A stretch of 63,346 bases of DNA, filler included, from Asterionella formosa (Eukaryota), in the NCBI GenBank assembly GCA_002256025.1. It is 18 parts of 18 records of this genome, joined end to end, with 100 filler letters (N's around TTAATTAATTAA, not from the genome) between each part and the next. Parts side by side here need not be neighbours in the genome. Positions count along the whole stretch, not along the records: positions 11,868 to 13,743 come from NKIB01000956.1; positions 13,844 to 15,719 come from NKIB01000957.1; positions 15,820 to 17,695 come from NKIB01000958.1; positions 17,796 to 19,671 come from NKIB01000959.1; positions 19,772 to 21,646 come from NKIB01000960.1; positions 21,747 to 23,621 come from NKIB01000961.1; positions 23,722 to 25,595 come from NKIB01000962.1; 11 more parts are not named here. One strand, 5' to 3'. Positions 12,646 to 24,476 of the stretch are shown here, piece by piece. Positions within the stretch are counted from its first letter, which is position 1; each line of letters begins with the position of its first letter. A program made the translations under genes and the position numbers. Below the pieces are notes generated by a model. That model was not told the origin of the DNA and ran no database searches. It was given only the letters and a program-made list of their open reading frames with translations.

Positions 12646-13743
12646 ATGTCTTCATCTTCTTCTGGTCAAAGGAGAGCAGCCAGGGAGGGCTTCCCCTCCT
12701 CTCCAAGGCTGCTTGAACATCGCCGTCACCAGCAACAAGAACAACAACAGACTCAACCAGAAGAAGAGGAAGAGGACGACGACAAGAATGAAGATGACAC
12801 TGGTGCTGATGAGTTTGCCAGTGACGATGAGGAGCGACAGTAGATGAGGAGCGACAGTAGGATAGGTGTCCCAGGTGTTTCTAAGATTGGTGTTTCTGGG
12901 GTTACTCAGTCCCCATCAAGGAACAACAACAATTTTTCACGTGCTCCTACTAGTTCAGTTTCAAGAACGGCAATTGCCAGGCGAGCACCAACGTTTCCAA
13001 GAGCTCGCTGAAGCATGCAGAGTTGGGGTCAACAGTTCAGGATCAATGAGATTCTCTCCTTGCTGGAAACCATTTCTACTCACCTGCCAATTGGGTCCCA
13101 TGAATGGGAAGTTGTTGCATCACAGCACAACGAGAATTTCCCAGACAAAGAACGGACAGGACCTTCACTTTGCCGAAAGTTTTCACAACTGCACAAAGTT
13201 AAGAAACCAACTGGGAACCCAACATGCCCTGCTGAGGTGAGATATGCCATACAAATTTTTCGATGAATCGAGCAACGAGCAGATGCAAGTGCTGAGATTG
13301 AATCCACTGATCTTGGAATAGAGAGAGAGCCCAATGAGCCCAATATTGATGAGCCAAATGTTGATGATGATTTTATAGCGATTTCTGGGGAGAGTGAAGA
13401 CAATGGTGGAGCAACATCTGCCGCTTATGCTAATTTTTCTGGTTCAAGATTTTCTCGACCTATGGTGTCCCCTCGATTTAGAGATAAGGCAGTGTCAAAC
13501 AATACTGGGCCTGTTGAGAAAGTGCTTTCTCTTCTTTCGACACAGTTGCTTCACAAGGCTACTCGAACTGATACTGATAACCTGCAGCAGCAACAACAGC
13601 AGCAACAGAACATGATGAACATGATGATGATGTCAATCATGGCATCATTGTTGAATCAGCATGGGGTATCTCAAACAACCACCTCCACTGACAGTGCCAA
13701 TCCCACTCAGGCAATTATGAATTCAATTATTGCTTCAAACATG
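12646..13743 (+). pseudogene. Myb/SANT-like (DUF6818-like) DNA-binding protein pseudogene, probably transposon-associated
   Basis: One frame with stops at 12841, 13009 and 13264; domain F..NE..SLL..I...LPIG..EWE.V...H...FP...R..SL.RKF..L..KKPTG.P.CP.EV; acidic N-terminus, Q/M-rich tail. Confidence 0.7.
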
Positions 13744-13843
13744 NNNNNNNNNNNNNNNNNNNNNNNNNNNNNNNNNNNNNNNNNNNNTTAATTAATTAAN
13801 NNNNNNNNNNNNNNNNNNNNNNNNNNNNNNNNNNNNNNNNNNN

Positions 13844-15719
13844 CCTTCATTCGGTTCGATAGTTCGGGTTGCCAGAAATGCAATTCCTGGTTGAATGTCC
13901 TGTCTTCCTCGCTTACATAGGAACATTCCTTTCATAACAAAAGTATGAAATATTTTTGCTTTTTCATGTTCAAGCTTCTTTGATTTCGTATCAACTGTGA
14001 ACAATTTATCTGTCCATGGAAATTTTCCAACACCTTCAAGTTTCACTGGAAAATCATCAATCATTGATTTGACAAAATTGGTCATGTCCACCCTCAACAC
14101 TCCTGGAATAGAGTAATCTAGCGTCATAGCCAAATAATCATGCTTCTTTCCACGCATGACCTTGACTTCACCAATTTCGTCAGAAGCGTATTTATTTTTG
14201 AGCCATTCCAAAAATTGATCATTCACTTTGCTGTCCACGTGACTTGATTTCAAATCGTCTACGTGCCAAGTAACTGTGTGCTGTTTGCCATTAACAATGC
14301 GATTTGCAACACATGGATCATATGGGTTTACCTTGAATCCAATTGACTCAATATCCTTCCGAAATTTCTTGTAATATAATAATGATGACTGTAACATGCC
14401 ATATAATGCCTTGATCATCCTAACATATAGGACCTTGTTGTTCCCTTCATAAACAACATAGTTTTTATAAGTCTCGGGGCTGAGTTCTGTCAACATATTG
14501 ACAAGCAAGCCTCTAATCTTCATAATGATTCGCTCCCCTTTTTCTTTCTCATCGATATCCACTTGCACAAATGCATTGGGTATATCTGCAGTCATAACAT
14601 CGCGATTTTGCTTCGCATCAATTGTTGCTGTTATCATAACAGATTCAGTCATGGTAGTTGGACTAGCTGCTTCATCTCTTTCCATGTATTCACGTTGCAA
14701 ACTGCCATTGGCACATGCTCTGCCTTTAATGCTCTTGTCTCTCTTTTCAACCAAAAAAATTAGACTTTCCATTGCACGTCGCTTTTCGATATCAGTTAGG
14801 TCTTCAATCCTAATCGGTTCAAACACAACTCTATCATGTAGTTGTTTCATTTCCTTATAAGCAGCGTCTCTTCCTTTCTGGCCAAATTTCTTGAGGCCTT
14901 TCCTTAAGCTGTATGACTGAACAAAGTGAAATGCTTCTTTATCGATACACATCTCATTCATATAACACATTGTCTTTGCGATCACTTTCGCATTATCAAT
15001 CGTGTATTCTTCTCGACAGTGTGCTTGGGTATGCAAATGATTTTGGACCATAGTTAGTTTTGATGGTGGTCTTGAGACTCTTCCAGACCTTGTAGTTCTA
15101 ACATTTGGGTCTGAGTCATCCTGAGTGCTTGGATTGACTTCTAACAATGCCTCTTCATTTTCAGTTTCATTTGCTGTCTCTTCATCCTCATCTTGGATAT
15201 CATCTGCATTCATTTCAATATTATTCTCATTGTTGCCCTCGTCAGGTTCAGGGTCATCCTCTTGAGTATTGTCATTTAATTCGAGCTGTTCTGCTTCATA
15301 TATTTCATCCGGAGTCATTTCATCATAGTCTTCTTCTCCGAGAATTTCATCATTGCTTTCGTTGTCACTAGCATCTTGATCTTCATAATCTTCGTCTTGT
15401 GCATCTTCAAATGCTTCATTATCATAATCCACTCCTGCAATCCAAGCACTATCATAAAATAGTTGTCCCGTTCGATTTGCTATCTTGAGACCATCTGGCA
15501 TATTTTCCTGCACAGCAAGGGCGTGTACTTGATTCATGATTGCTGGGGTAAGTGGTAGAGGAGTAATTGTTCGTCTAGTGATCAATGAATTCGTAGGTAG
15601 GTGTAACAATTCATGACCTCCTTGCACATTGTCATTGTAGCGTAGAAAAATGCAATCTAGGCTGCGAGGTGCATTTGTGTTTGAAAACACAGGTTCTTCA
15701 TGTGCTTGGACATAAGTGC
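13844..15719 (-). mobile_element. Ty1/Copia (CoDi-like) pol fragment, intact frame
   Basis: IKGRACANGS, ADIPNAFVQ, KALYGMLQS, NPYDPCVAN, WHVDD RT motifs; acidic integrase-RT linker. Confidence 0.95.
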
Positions 15720-15819
15720 NNNNNNNNNNNNNNNNNNNNNNNNNNNNNNNNNNNNNNNNNNNNTTAATTAATTAANNNNNNNNNNNNNNNNNNNNNNNNN
15801 NNNNNNNNNNNNNNNNNNN

Positions 15820-16535
15820 GCATTCACTTTCTCAGCTGTAAACCCGTGTCTCCACCTAGCCTCACTACATCCATCCCTCCTCTTAACGGTGCTATTTACG
15901 TCCACTGTCAAATTCTTAAGGAGGTTGTATCAAGTGCTGCTGAGGCCGAATTAGCTGCTTTATTCCACAATGGCAAAGAGGCATATGCTATTCGCACCAT
16001 TCTTGCTGAGCTTGGTCATCCCCAACCTTCTACCCGTATTGTCACCGATAATAGCACTGCCAGTGGCATCGCCAATGATACTGTCCGACAAAAACGTTCC
16101 AAAGCTATGGATATGCGTTATTACTGGGTACGCGATCGGGTTCGCCAAGGCCAATTTCTTGTATACTGGAAAAAAGGTAGTTTGAATCGTGCTGATTATT
16201 TCACTAAACATCATCCCGCTTCCCATCATATGTTGATGCGCCCGCACTACCTCCATTGCCCTCCATCCCTCCCTAGTCCTCCTAACTATTATGCGTGCTT
16301 GGCTTCCGATGCTGATAGCATCTCCCTCCCCGCTCCTGTTCTCCTGCCTGCATCTGTTGGTGAGGGTGTGTTAATATCTGCATATGATGCTCCATACATG
16401 CGCCATACGAACCATACCGGCGCAGCCACCAGATTAGGTACATGCGTGAGTGCTGACAACGATGTACTTGGAACAGCAATAGAATAGTCATAATATTGTA
16501 GTTCACCTTTATTCACGATAAGGTTCCCCTCAACA
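15820..16535 (+). mobile_element. Copia RNase H 3' end plus 3' LTR
   Basis: SSAAEAE, TDNSTA, KRSKAMDMRYYW, NRADYFTK; purine-rich GGTGAGGGTG tract before the LTR; ORF ends at 16487 inside the LTR. Confidence 0.93.
16369..16535 (+). repeat. Short 3' LTR (167 bp)
   Basis: TGTTAA...TCAACA directly after the polypurine tract. Confidence 0.75.
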
Positions 16536-16543
16536 CCCTTGTA

Positions 16544-16643
16544 TCTGGCAAGTTGAGGTAATTTTGCTTACACCAACAATTTAATCGAGGATAAAGATAG
16601 CTAAATCTTTAATTGATCAAAATTACCGCAACTGCCTTGCTGG
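16544..16643. mobile_element. MITE family C, copy 1 (about 95-100 bp)
   Basis: GCAAGTTGAGGTAATTTTG...CAAAATTACCGCAACT..TTGCTGG|TA; internal sequence homologous to 34534-34629 and 52626-52719. Confidence 0.8.
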
Positions 16644-16685
16644 TACCTGGTACCACCCTGGTACCCTGGTACCAGGTACCTGGTA

Positions 16686-17503
16686 CTACTTAAAAACTGT
16701 AAGCCACCGCTACGGCCACTTTTGAACTGTAAGCCACCGCTAAACGGAGTAAACGCACGGTTTGAACTTATTTTACAAGATACGCTACGGTATTTATTGT
16801 CACGAACGAGTTGTTCAGATTTATATAGCGAGTAAATACTTCCGTACTTGTATTGTTGCATTGTGTACATTGTTAATTAGGTATTATCGCCCAAAGGTTG
16901 CTGTCGACGTGAAATTGCGAAAATTGGATATTTTCACGTTTACTCGATTGAGCAAGCATCACCTTTTATATACGTATCCAGCTATAAGAATATTCCTCCG
17001 CTAGAAAACTAATTTAGTATCCTCTAAAATTTATTTAATATGGCTACGACGTCATTGCGCTTTCGCTCGTGCGCCATAATAAAGAGATAAATTCACTAAT
17101 GGAAAACGTCAAATAGGAATTCCTGGCGCGCCCGAATTATGAGTACAAAAATTAAATGCAAATCACCCATCACAATACCAACATCATGACCTCGAAAGCG
17201 CCTCGACAAGGCAATGTCTTGCCTCGAAAGAAATTGTCTCCTGAAGAGTTGGTCAGTGTTCAGATTTGTCTTAACAATGTGATTAGGGAGCTAGAAGCTA
17301 AGAAGGCTAACAATGGTGGAAAAATGCCTTATGGTGCTATTTCTAGGACAGTATCAGCTAAGCAATGCATTTTCCCTTGGATATCTGTTAACCAAGTGAA
17401 GAATGAACTAAAACGAAGTGCTAAACTAGAAGTTAAGTCTAGTACTACATCTAAGACGCGAAATACGCCACTTTTCGAAATTTCGTCTACGTATGAGTGT
17501 TAA
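16686..17503 (+). mobile_element. Family D DNA-transposon left end with a possible truncated transposase N-terminus (ORF 17186-17503)
   Basis: TA|CTACTTAAAAACTGTAAGCCACCGCT terminus; 16726-16945 homologous (reverse) to 59140-59340; ORF segment GKMPYGAISR..FPWISVNQVKN resembles an HTH; pogo/Tc1 affinity is inference. Confidence 0.55.
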
Positions 17504-17695
17504 TTATGTGGTACTTCACATGCATTAATGCCACTCTTCACGTAAAAAAGATTACTTTTAACGGTTTCATGTGAAGTTTTAACTGTTTCATGTGAAGTTT
17601 TCACAATGAATTTTGAACGCGAGACTGAATTAGTTGATGTTTCAAATATTTCATTTGACTTTTCGAAATTTCGTTTACGTACGAGTGTTAATTAT
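17470..17695 (+). repeat. Direct repeat with about 188-bp period running into the contig end
   Basis: ACTTTTCGAAATTTCGT.TACGTA.GAGTGTTAATTAT at 17470 and 17658; internal GTTTCATGTGAAGTTTT twice. Confidence 0.75.
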
Positions 17696-17795
17696 NNNNN
17701 NNNNNNNNNNNNNNNNNNNNNNNNNNNNNNNNNNNNNNNTTAATTAATTAANNNNNNNNNNNNNNNNNNNNNNNNNNNNNNNNNNNNNNNNNNNN

Positions 17796-19671
17796 TTTGC
17801 TAATCATTCTCCTGAAATCGCTGATAATGAAGAAGAACTCAGTGATTCTCATTTATTTGATGAACAAGCTCATGCGATGAATGAAAATACCGGCGGAAAT
17901 GTGGGAGACATCACTTCTGAAGTAGAAATGGTGGAAAAATTGCAAAACTAAGAAATATGTCTCACTATTCGTCCAGATCATCAAGATGAACATCATGAAA
18001 GCAGAGAAACTATTGCATTTCTAAAAGAAAAGCAAGATATTCAAGAAAAAGTCCGAGCTAGATCAAGACCTCGAATTCAATAAGATGAATGCAGACAGAG
18101 ATGTGGCTGATTCTGGATAAGGCAGTTGATGCACTGAGTTGGGAACGAAGTTTGAAGAAAAAAATTGAATCTTTTTCCAAATCATACATAGAAGAAAAAG
18201 AATTTCTCTGTAAAATCATCAAGAACAATCCCGAAGGCAGCTAGCCTACGTTTGTGAAGAGTCAGCATGTGAAATGTGTAGAGTTATTATGCCAAAGCAA
18301 ACTGCGTTTTCCTTGAGTTTGCCGAAAACTCATGGACAACTAAAATTGTGGAAAGATTTGTACACATGTACCCCACAAGAAATATGCAATTACCCCTCTG
18401 TATTTTATGGAGTCAAAGGTATCAAAAAATCATCTTCAGATTTTAAAGATCTTGCATATTGGGACCTTGAAACAATTACCTTGCTCTATGATCAATTATA
18501 TAATTCATGAACTTCATCCAACTGATGTAAAGCAAGGTTATATTTGATCTGGATGAGAACCCAGAAAAGGGTAATGACAAAGCAAAGCTATATATACCAA
18601 GGTGATTGTCATCCACTTCATCATGACAGTAACTACTGTATGTGCTAATTGTTTATTGCAGACGATCAGATGAGGAGGAAAACAACCATTTTGTGCATTA
18701 TCTTTTTGCTATAAATGATGGATTATGTCAAGTGCGTGATCCAGGAAAAGATGCAAGTTTGGATGAAACTTATGATCAAGTATTTCACCTTGCCTGTAAG
18801 TACTGCATCATCCCTGGATGCTGCAGACCATTGGAATTGTTATGCACCGATACAGGATATCTTCCACAAGAATACCATACACCTGAAGAAATTGGTTTAT
18901 CGGAATCTTTCTATACTGGCACCAAAGCACCATTGCCGATCATAATGGCCACTGAACATGATTCCATGTTATTTCAACCAGAAGATGATAGTGGATGGTC
19001 ATGTGGACCATTTACAATTGTGAAAGTATAGGAAACTCTATTGCAACTAGAAAGGAATGGCAAAACCAATTGCATTTCTTGTCAACCGGGCTCAATTCTG
19101 TTTGGAAACGGAGTCCTGGAAAGTTTTAAAACGCACATCAGGTGGTAGCAACTGATCGAACAGACGATTTGTTCTCTGTTACATCTGACCCACCAACCAA
19201 GTCAACATACTTTCATCTTGGAACAGTTTGGCCTCAAGTGACAATGACAAACATTTGTGAGGATATGTTTCAGTTGGAAATAACTGTTCTTCAATTTTGT
19301 ATCGACAAAATTTTGAGCTGCCTCATATTTAGATTTAAAAATGTTGAACGAAGTATTTGGAAGACTTCCTTGCTATTCATCGTTCAAGAAGGATGATGTT
19401 GTCAAGGTGAAATCCATGATCCAACAAATGAATGAAAAAGTTGCTCCCTTCAGATGGTATAACCATCTACCTCTTGGCCAAATTTCTGGATGCATCAAAA
19501 TTGACAAAAAGTTGAAAAAATATTTTGTAACTGATGATAGCCCTTCTGGTATCAAATTGAAAAAGTTTACAGACTCATATGGAACTGCAGTTGAAAAGTG
19601 GAGAAGAAAAATTTCGGACGAAACGAGAAGGACCATCTTAGGTTCTTTGGGAGTGAAAGAGAACAAATTAT
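17796..19671 (+). pseudogene. Degraded large ORF containing a Ulp1/C48-like cysteine protease domain (18642-19031)
   Basis: Order H(F)...D(P)...Q..DD..SCG matches the clan CE His-Asp-Gln-Cys arrangement; flanked by stop- and frameshift-broken fragments. Confidence 0.5.
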
Positions 19672-19958
19672 NNNNNNNNNNNNNNNNNNNNNNNNNNNNN
19701 NNNNNNNNNNNNNNNTTAATTAATTAANNNNNNNNNNNNNNNNNNNNNNNNNNNNNNNNNNNNNNNNNNNNATATAATATGTAGCTCACAATTTCTAATA
19801 AATACTTTAGGAATTAGTCGTCATTACAAACCTTCCGCTTCTACAAGTTAGAACAACCTCAAGAGTCTACTTCATCCTGCTTCATTGCAAGAACTGTCGA
19901 CAGTACTATTCATCTATAACAAGTGCTACCTAGTGTAGTTTCAGGATGCACCCAGCCA

Positions 19959-20382
19959 GAATGCCAACAATAGATGCCAGTTTGGAAACCCAATTGGTAG
20001 TAAAAATATAATTGATACCTAATTGGTAGCAGCATTTCATTCCCCAACCTGAGCACCAACAAAGATACCAATTTGGAATCCCGATTGGTAGTAAAAAAAA
20101 ATTGATTGGAATGCCAACAGTAGATAACAATTTGGAAACCCAATTGGTTGTGAAAATAAGATTGATACCAATTTGGATTAAAAAAACAAATTGGTAGCAA
20201 ATTATACCAATATGGTATTTCTGTAAAGCTAAATAAATATCTACATGAAGGTTAGCCATATCTTACAATTTTTGCCAAATTGTTATCAAAAATCCCAATT
20301 TTGGATTTCGGACTTAGAGAAAAGACGAAAAACATTCGAAATCTCAATATGGAGTCCAAATTGGTACTTCTCGGTCACTGTG
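19959..20382 (-). repeat. Transposon-like terminus: CACAGTG end with subterminal CCAATTGG/AATTGGTAG repeats
   Basis: More than 10 CCAAWTTGG-type motifs, about 151-bp higher-order duplication (19959 vs 20110), ending at CACTGTG 20376-20382. Confidence 0.6.
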
Positions 20383-20736
20383 AGCCTGGTACCAGGGTAC
20401 TCTGGTTTATATCATGACACCGTGATGACTTTTTCCATGACTGAAACGAATGCAATGCTTCCAACAAAGACAATGGCCAAATACCTGGTACAGTAGTACC
20501 TGGTACCGAAACTAAGCAATCATACTCCGAGTACCCGTACTAAGATGTGTTAAAATCGCGCTTATATTTATAAGCCCTACCTGTACCATGTTGTCATTCA
20601 TGACTCAAATCAGCGCTAGTGCGGCAAAGCCGATCTCTTCCATTCATGCTGGCCAACTCAGTCTTTAATAGGAATGAATTATGATGACGGAAAAGCTTTT
20701 GTTTGCTCACATGCGTTTCCATCCTTTTCATCAAAC

Positions 20737-21086
20737 ATGATGATATCCATCAACAATTCTGCTCTTGCTCTTGTGAGCATCATGATCCTCTTGCAGTCAG
20801 TACTTTCTCAAAACTTGACTCAAGTCGCATGTGGAAACGGAATCACTGGAAATGGACTGTGTGATGATTCAACTTTGTGCTGCAGCAGTTATGGTTACTG
20901 TGGCACCGGTGCCGATTATTGCACAATGTTGACCGAGGACCCAGCAACTACGGCGCCAGTATCTAATGCCCCAGTCATGGCACCACCTGGTAATAGCTCT
21001 GTTCCATGTGGAAATGGCGAAGTCGGGAATGGGAATTGTGAAGTTTCTAGTGAGTGCTGCAGCTTTTACGGATACTGTGGCACTAG
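20737..21086 (+). pseudogene. Secreted chitin-binding type-1 (hevein/CBM18-like) protein, interrupted by an LTR
   Basis: Hydrophobic signal; two CG.G..GNG.C.....CCS.YGYCGT domains; the second is cut at 21087 by TGTTGG. Confidence 0.85.
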
Positions 21087-21438
21087 TGTTGGAAAAATTC
21101 GAGCTGACTGCCACAGGACAGGCGTGAAGGGTATAGTAGACACGAGAGAGTACAGTACTACAGTTAAAACCGTACAGCCGCTAACAAGAGTTACCTGGGC
21201 TGACGTGGTAAAAGGCACCACGCAAGGAAAAGCAATCAGAGGTCAAGAAAATATGTTAAAGTGCAGTGTGAGTAATAAGAGTGTTTCGAGACCATTATCT
21301 CGAAACAATCCAGTTAGTAAAGTGAAAGTTTAAGTTTGACAACTTCCTCGTTGCTATCAATTTCATCAACTGTATTCGATTAACACAGTACTAGGTTCAA
21401 GGCCTACGATACAGTCGAATATGGCAGTTGTTACAACA
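21087..21438 (+). repeat. 5' LTR (352 bp) of an LTR retrotransposon
   Basis: TGTTGGAA...TTACAACA; followed by a PBS-position sequence, a leader and a gag-like ATG at 21593. Confidence 0.8.
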
Positions 21439-21452
21439 TTGTTTCGAGATAA
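21439..21452 (+). promoter_or_regulatory. Self-complementary primer-binding site
   Basis: TTGTTTCGAGATAA is the exact reverse complement of LTR 21295-21308. Confidence 0.7.
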
Positions 21453-21592
21453 AAATAAAACAAAAGGAACAGCCATTCACATGGAAGGCTGGAGTTTCAA
21501 CATTTTAATCTAATCAAGTTTTTTGAACACTTTATAGATTCGAGTAGCGCAGCTGAAGGCCGCAGCCACCAATCAAGGAACCAACGAACCCC

Positions 21593-21646
21593 ATGAGCGC
21601 CACCCCAGACGCAACGACAAGCGGCAGCTTAGCGAGTGGACGCGGC
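21593..21646 (+). CDS. Probable gag N-terminus (MSATPDATTSGSLASGRG, cut by contig end)
   Basis: ATG about 155 nt downstream of the LTR, frame open to the linker. Confidence 0.5.
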
Positions 21647-21899
21647 NNNNNNNNNNNNNNNNNNNNNNNNNNNNNNNNNNNNNNNNNNNNTTAATTAATT
21701 AANNNNNNNNNNNNNNNNNNNNNNNNNNNNNNNNNNNNNNNNNNNNCACCCCATTGCAGAATGGTGAGTCTCACAACTAAGTATCAGCCAGTCGATTAAA
21801 ATTGGACTGTCTTTTGTGCGCCCTCGTTGTGTTTGTACTTAACTTGGCAACTGTCAGCCAAGAGCAGCCATGGTATGATGCCACCATTTATTGTCTATG

Positions 21900-22400
21900 C
21901 AAGTTTCGAATGCGTTCAGCTATGATAACTTTTGCTCCCCGCTCCATAACACTATCTCACCACCCTTGTCATAGATTTTTCTTTATCCTTTGGCTGCACA
22001 GGCCCAGGTTACTCAATGCCTTCATCTGCAAGTTCAGCCAAGCAGGCCCACGTTGGTGTCAAGAAAACCTCAACCCCGATTTTCCTCACATGCTCCACCC
22101 ATTGACTTCTTCATTGATGAAGTCGTGGTAGCTATATTGATGTCAGGTGGCGCAGGCTTGTGTATAGATCGATGATGCCGAAAGCATTGCTTCCTTTTCC
22201 AGTAGGTACCTATTTGTCAACATTGTTTGGGTCAATCTATTCTTGTTCCCGCAAGAACAGAAGCAATTATAGTACCAAGAACCTTCATTTCTCTTTCACA
22301 ATTGTCCTGATGTTTGCAGAGCATTTTTAGTTCCCTTTTGGATTTTCCACTGGTTTCGATCCCTTTTGCATTCAAGTCAAGAAACAGTCAACTCATTGCT
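21900..22400 (-). pseudogene. Highly degraded IS630/Tc1-like transposase C-terminal region
   Basis: Broken frames give IDPNNVDK, AFGIID..TSLRHL, DFINEE, IGVEVFLTP..AELADEGIE, TWACA. Confidence 0.55.
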
Positions 22401-23199
22401 TGAGATTTCTGGAGGTTTTGGTCAGTGGCACCATACAGCCACAATCAACAGATCATGGCGGCTTTTCTCCATTTTCTGTAGCAAGTGACAAAGTGACATT
22501 CAATAAGGGTCTGGGATCATTGGGGAGAAAAGTTATTAGGATTCTCTGTGTTTGCCCCCGCCCGTTTGGCAGCCATTCTACCATTGCTTCCTCTCAATCA
22601 ATACTAGCTAGTATAGCTAATGAAAACCGTAATTCGATGAGATGTGACTTCCTTTTTCTTATATTTTACATTGTTTCACTACTGAAACTTGAATCCATAA
22701 ATGGGCATTCAACTTGTGCTTCTTGCATTTTTGCAGTATAGACTGACTGGTGGTCGATAGGCCAAAGTGTCTGGCTTTTTATGAACATCTACAAAGTAGT
22801 GCTTTTGTCGAGGTTTGTGTCTAAATCCAACTGCTACAATCAATTGAAATATTCCAGATACGCACATCAAAGAATACAATCCTGTCTTCAAAGGTCAGGA
22901 ACTAGTACGATGACAAAGGAAATCTGATGAGACATGAAAATTACGAAACCAGAATCACTCTGTTACTATAAACAGACAGTCTCGTGCTTCTTTGTGAATA
23001 TCGCCTGCTATGCTGCGGCGTTTCAATTCTAGATGTATTACGTTCTTGTTAGAGAGACGATGTTACAGAGAAGTAGATTGTTTGTGCTGTTCTAAAATGG
23101 ATGCTAGTCTATGTAGCTATGATTGAGGTTGTAACACTGATTGATGCTCTGGTGACAGACCGGAAATATTCGTCTTGTGTGAAGAGCCATTTCGTTTTC

Positions 23200-23621
23200 A
23201 TTGGATTTCTTCTTTTCAAGCTCTTAACGGATTGCATACGAACATGCTGTACAATGCAGATGATGATTCATTGAAGAGTATTGATGACTTGAACGACAAA
23301 TGAAGATTTTATTACAAATACTTGTTCCTCTCGACATGACTGCTTTGTTGTTGTTGCAAGAATCAGAGTGAGGATTGGCGAGGATGATGAGCCAAACCAC
23401 ATTACTCTAACTGGTACATTATCCTACCAAGAAATTTAAATGAAGGAACCTAAAAGAAACAATACATATAATAATTAAATTTCCATAGTCAAAAGGGTTA
23501 CTATTAAAATTACAAGGGCATTTATCAAAATTATTAGATGATATAACGAAAAATTATGATCAGATGATCATAATCATCCTATGATGCATCATAGGAATAT
23601 GATGGTTTTTATTTGCAGACG
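23200..23621 (-). repeat. Interspersed repeat family B, copy 2
   Basis: Ends TTTGCAGACG; perfect palindrome CCTATGATGCATCATAGG at 23578-23595; homologous to 6907-7290. Confidence 0.8.
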
Positions 23622-24476
23622 NNNNNNNNNNNNNNNNNNNNNNNNNNNNNNNNNNNNNNNNNNNNTTAATTAATTAANNNNNNNNNNNNNNNNNNNNNNN
23701 NNNNNNNNNNNNNNNNNNNNNTACCTATCCACAAGACAGGATGAGACGTTGATGTTAGCGGTTTCCACTCAACCCTTCTTGGCACAATTAAAGGCATCCC
23801 AATTGTATGTAAGCCACAGCCTTTGGCTCTCCTCAAGGAACCTATATCTTGGTAACCAATGAAGCTTTATACTTTGGGAAGCAGATAAAAACAGTCTTAT
23901 CCCACCACAACAACTGTGTGATAATGGCTTGCAGTGTAACCCCATTACCTGCCAGTATTCCTCCAACTCTATTCATGGGATACACAACCCAAGAACTGAT
24001 CACTATCCAATTCCAGTTTTATGGCTGTATCTCTTGCATCCTCATCTGCCTCTCCACCAACCACAAACTCCAGGCTGGCAACTGGATTGAACTTACCAGC
24101 CAATGAAGCAGAATGGGCCCCTTATGACCAACGTTTCAAACATCAAGAGGCTCCCTACACCACTGATTAATCTGTCCATGCAGCCTTTTCGAACATGAAT
24201 ACACCCCATTACCCTGTCTTACCATGGGGGGGGGGGGGGGGGCCCATTTGCCCACCCGCAAAATCAACATTTTTGTCAGGACACAAGAGGCACACCTCAA
24301 CCTTTGTCAACCGAACATGGCGCAACAGGGAATAGGTAGTACATAAATAAATTTTATTCTTCGTAATTTCACTTTTACTCAGTTTTCATCTTTGACGTCT
24401 TTCTTTGTTCGTCTTGCTCCTAGCAAGAACTACACAATATAGAACAAGAACACAAGTACACCTACTGGTACTCCAT

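Noticed and set aside
19959..20370. CRISPR-like repeat-spacer array
   Set aside because: Repeats are short, degenerate and irregularly spaced, spacers resemble each other, there are no cas genes, and the context is eukaryotic
24226..24242. Poly-G run as a polypurine tract or G-quadruplex of an LTR ending CAACA near 24327
   Set aside because: No TG start follows the run and no pol is recognisable upstream; homopolymer length is unreliable
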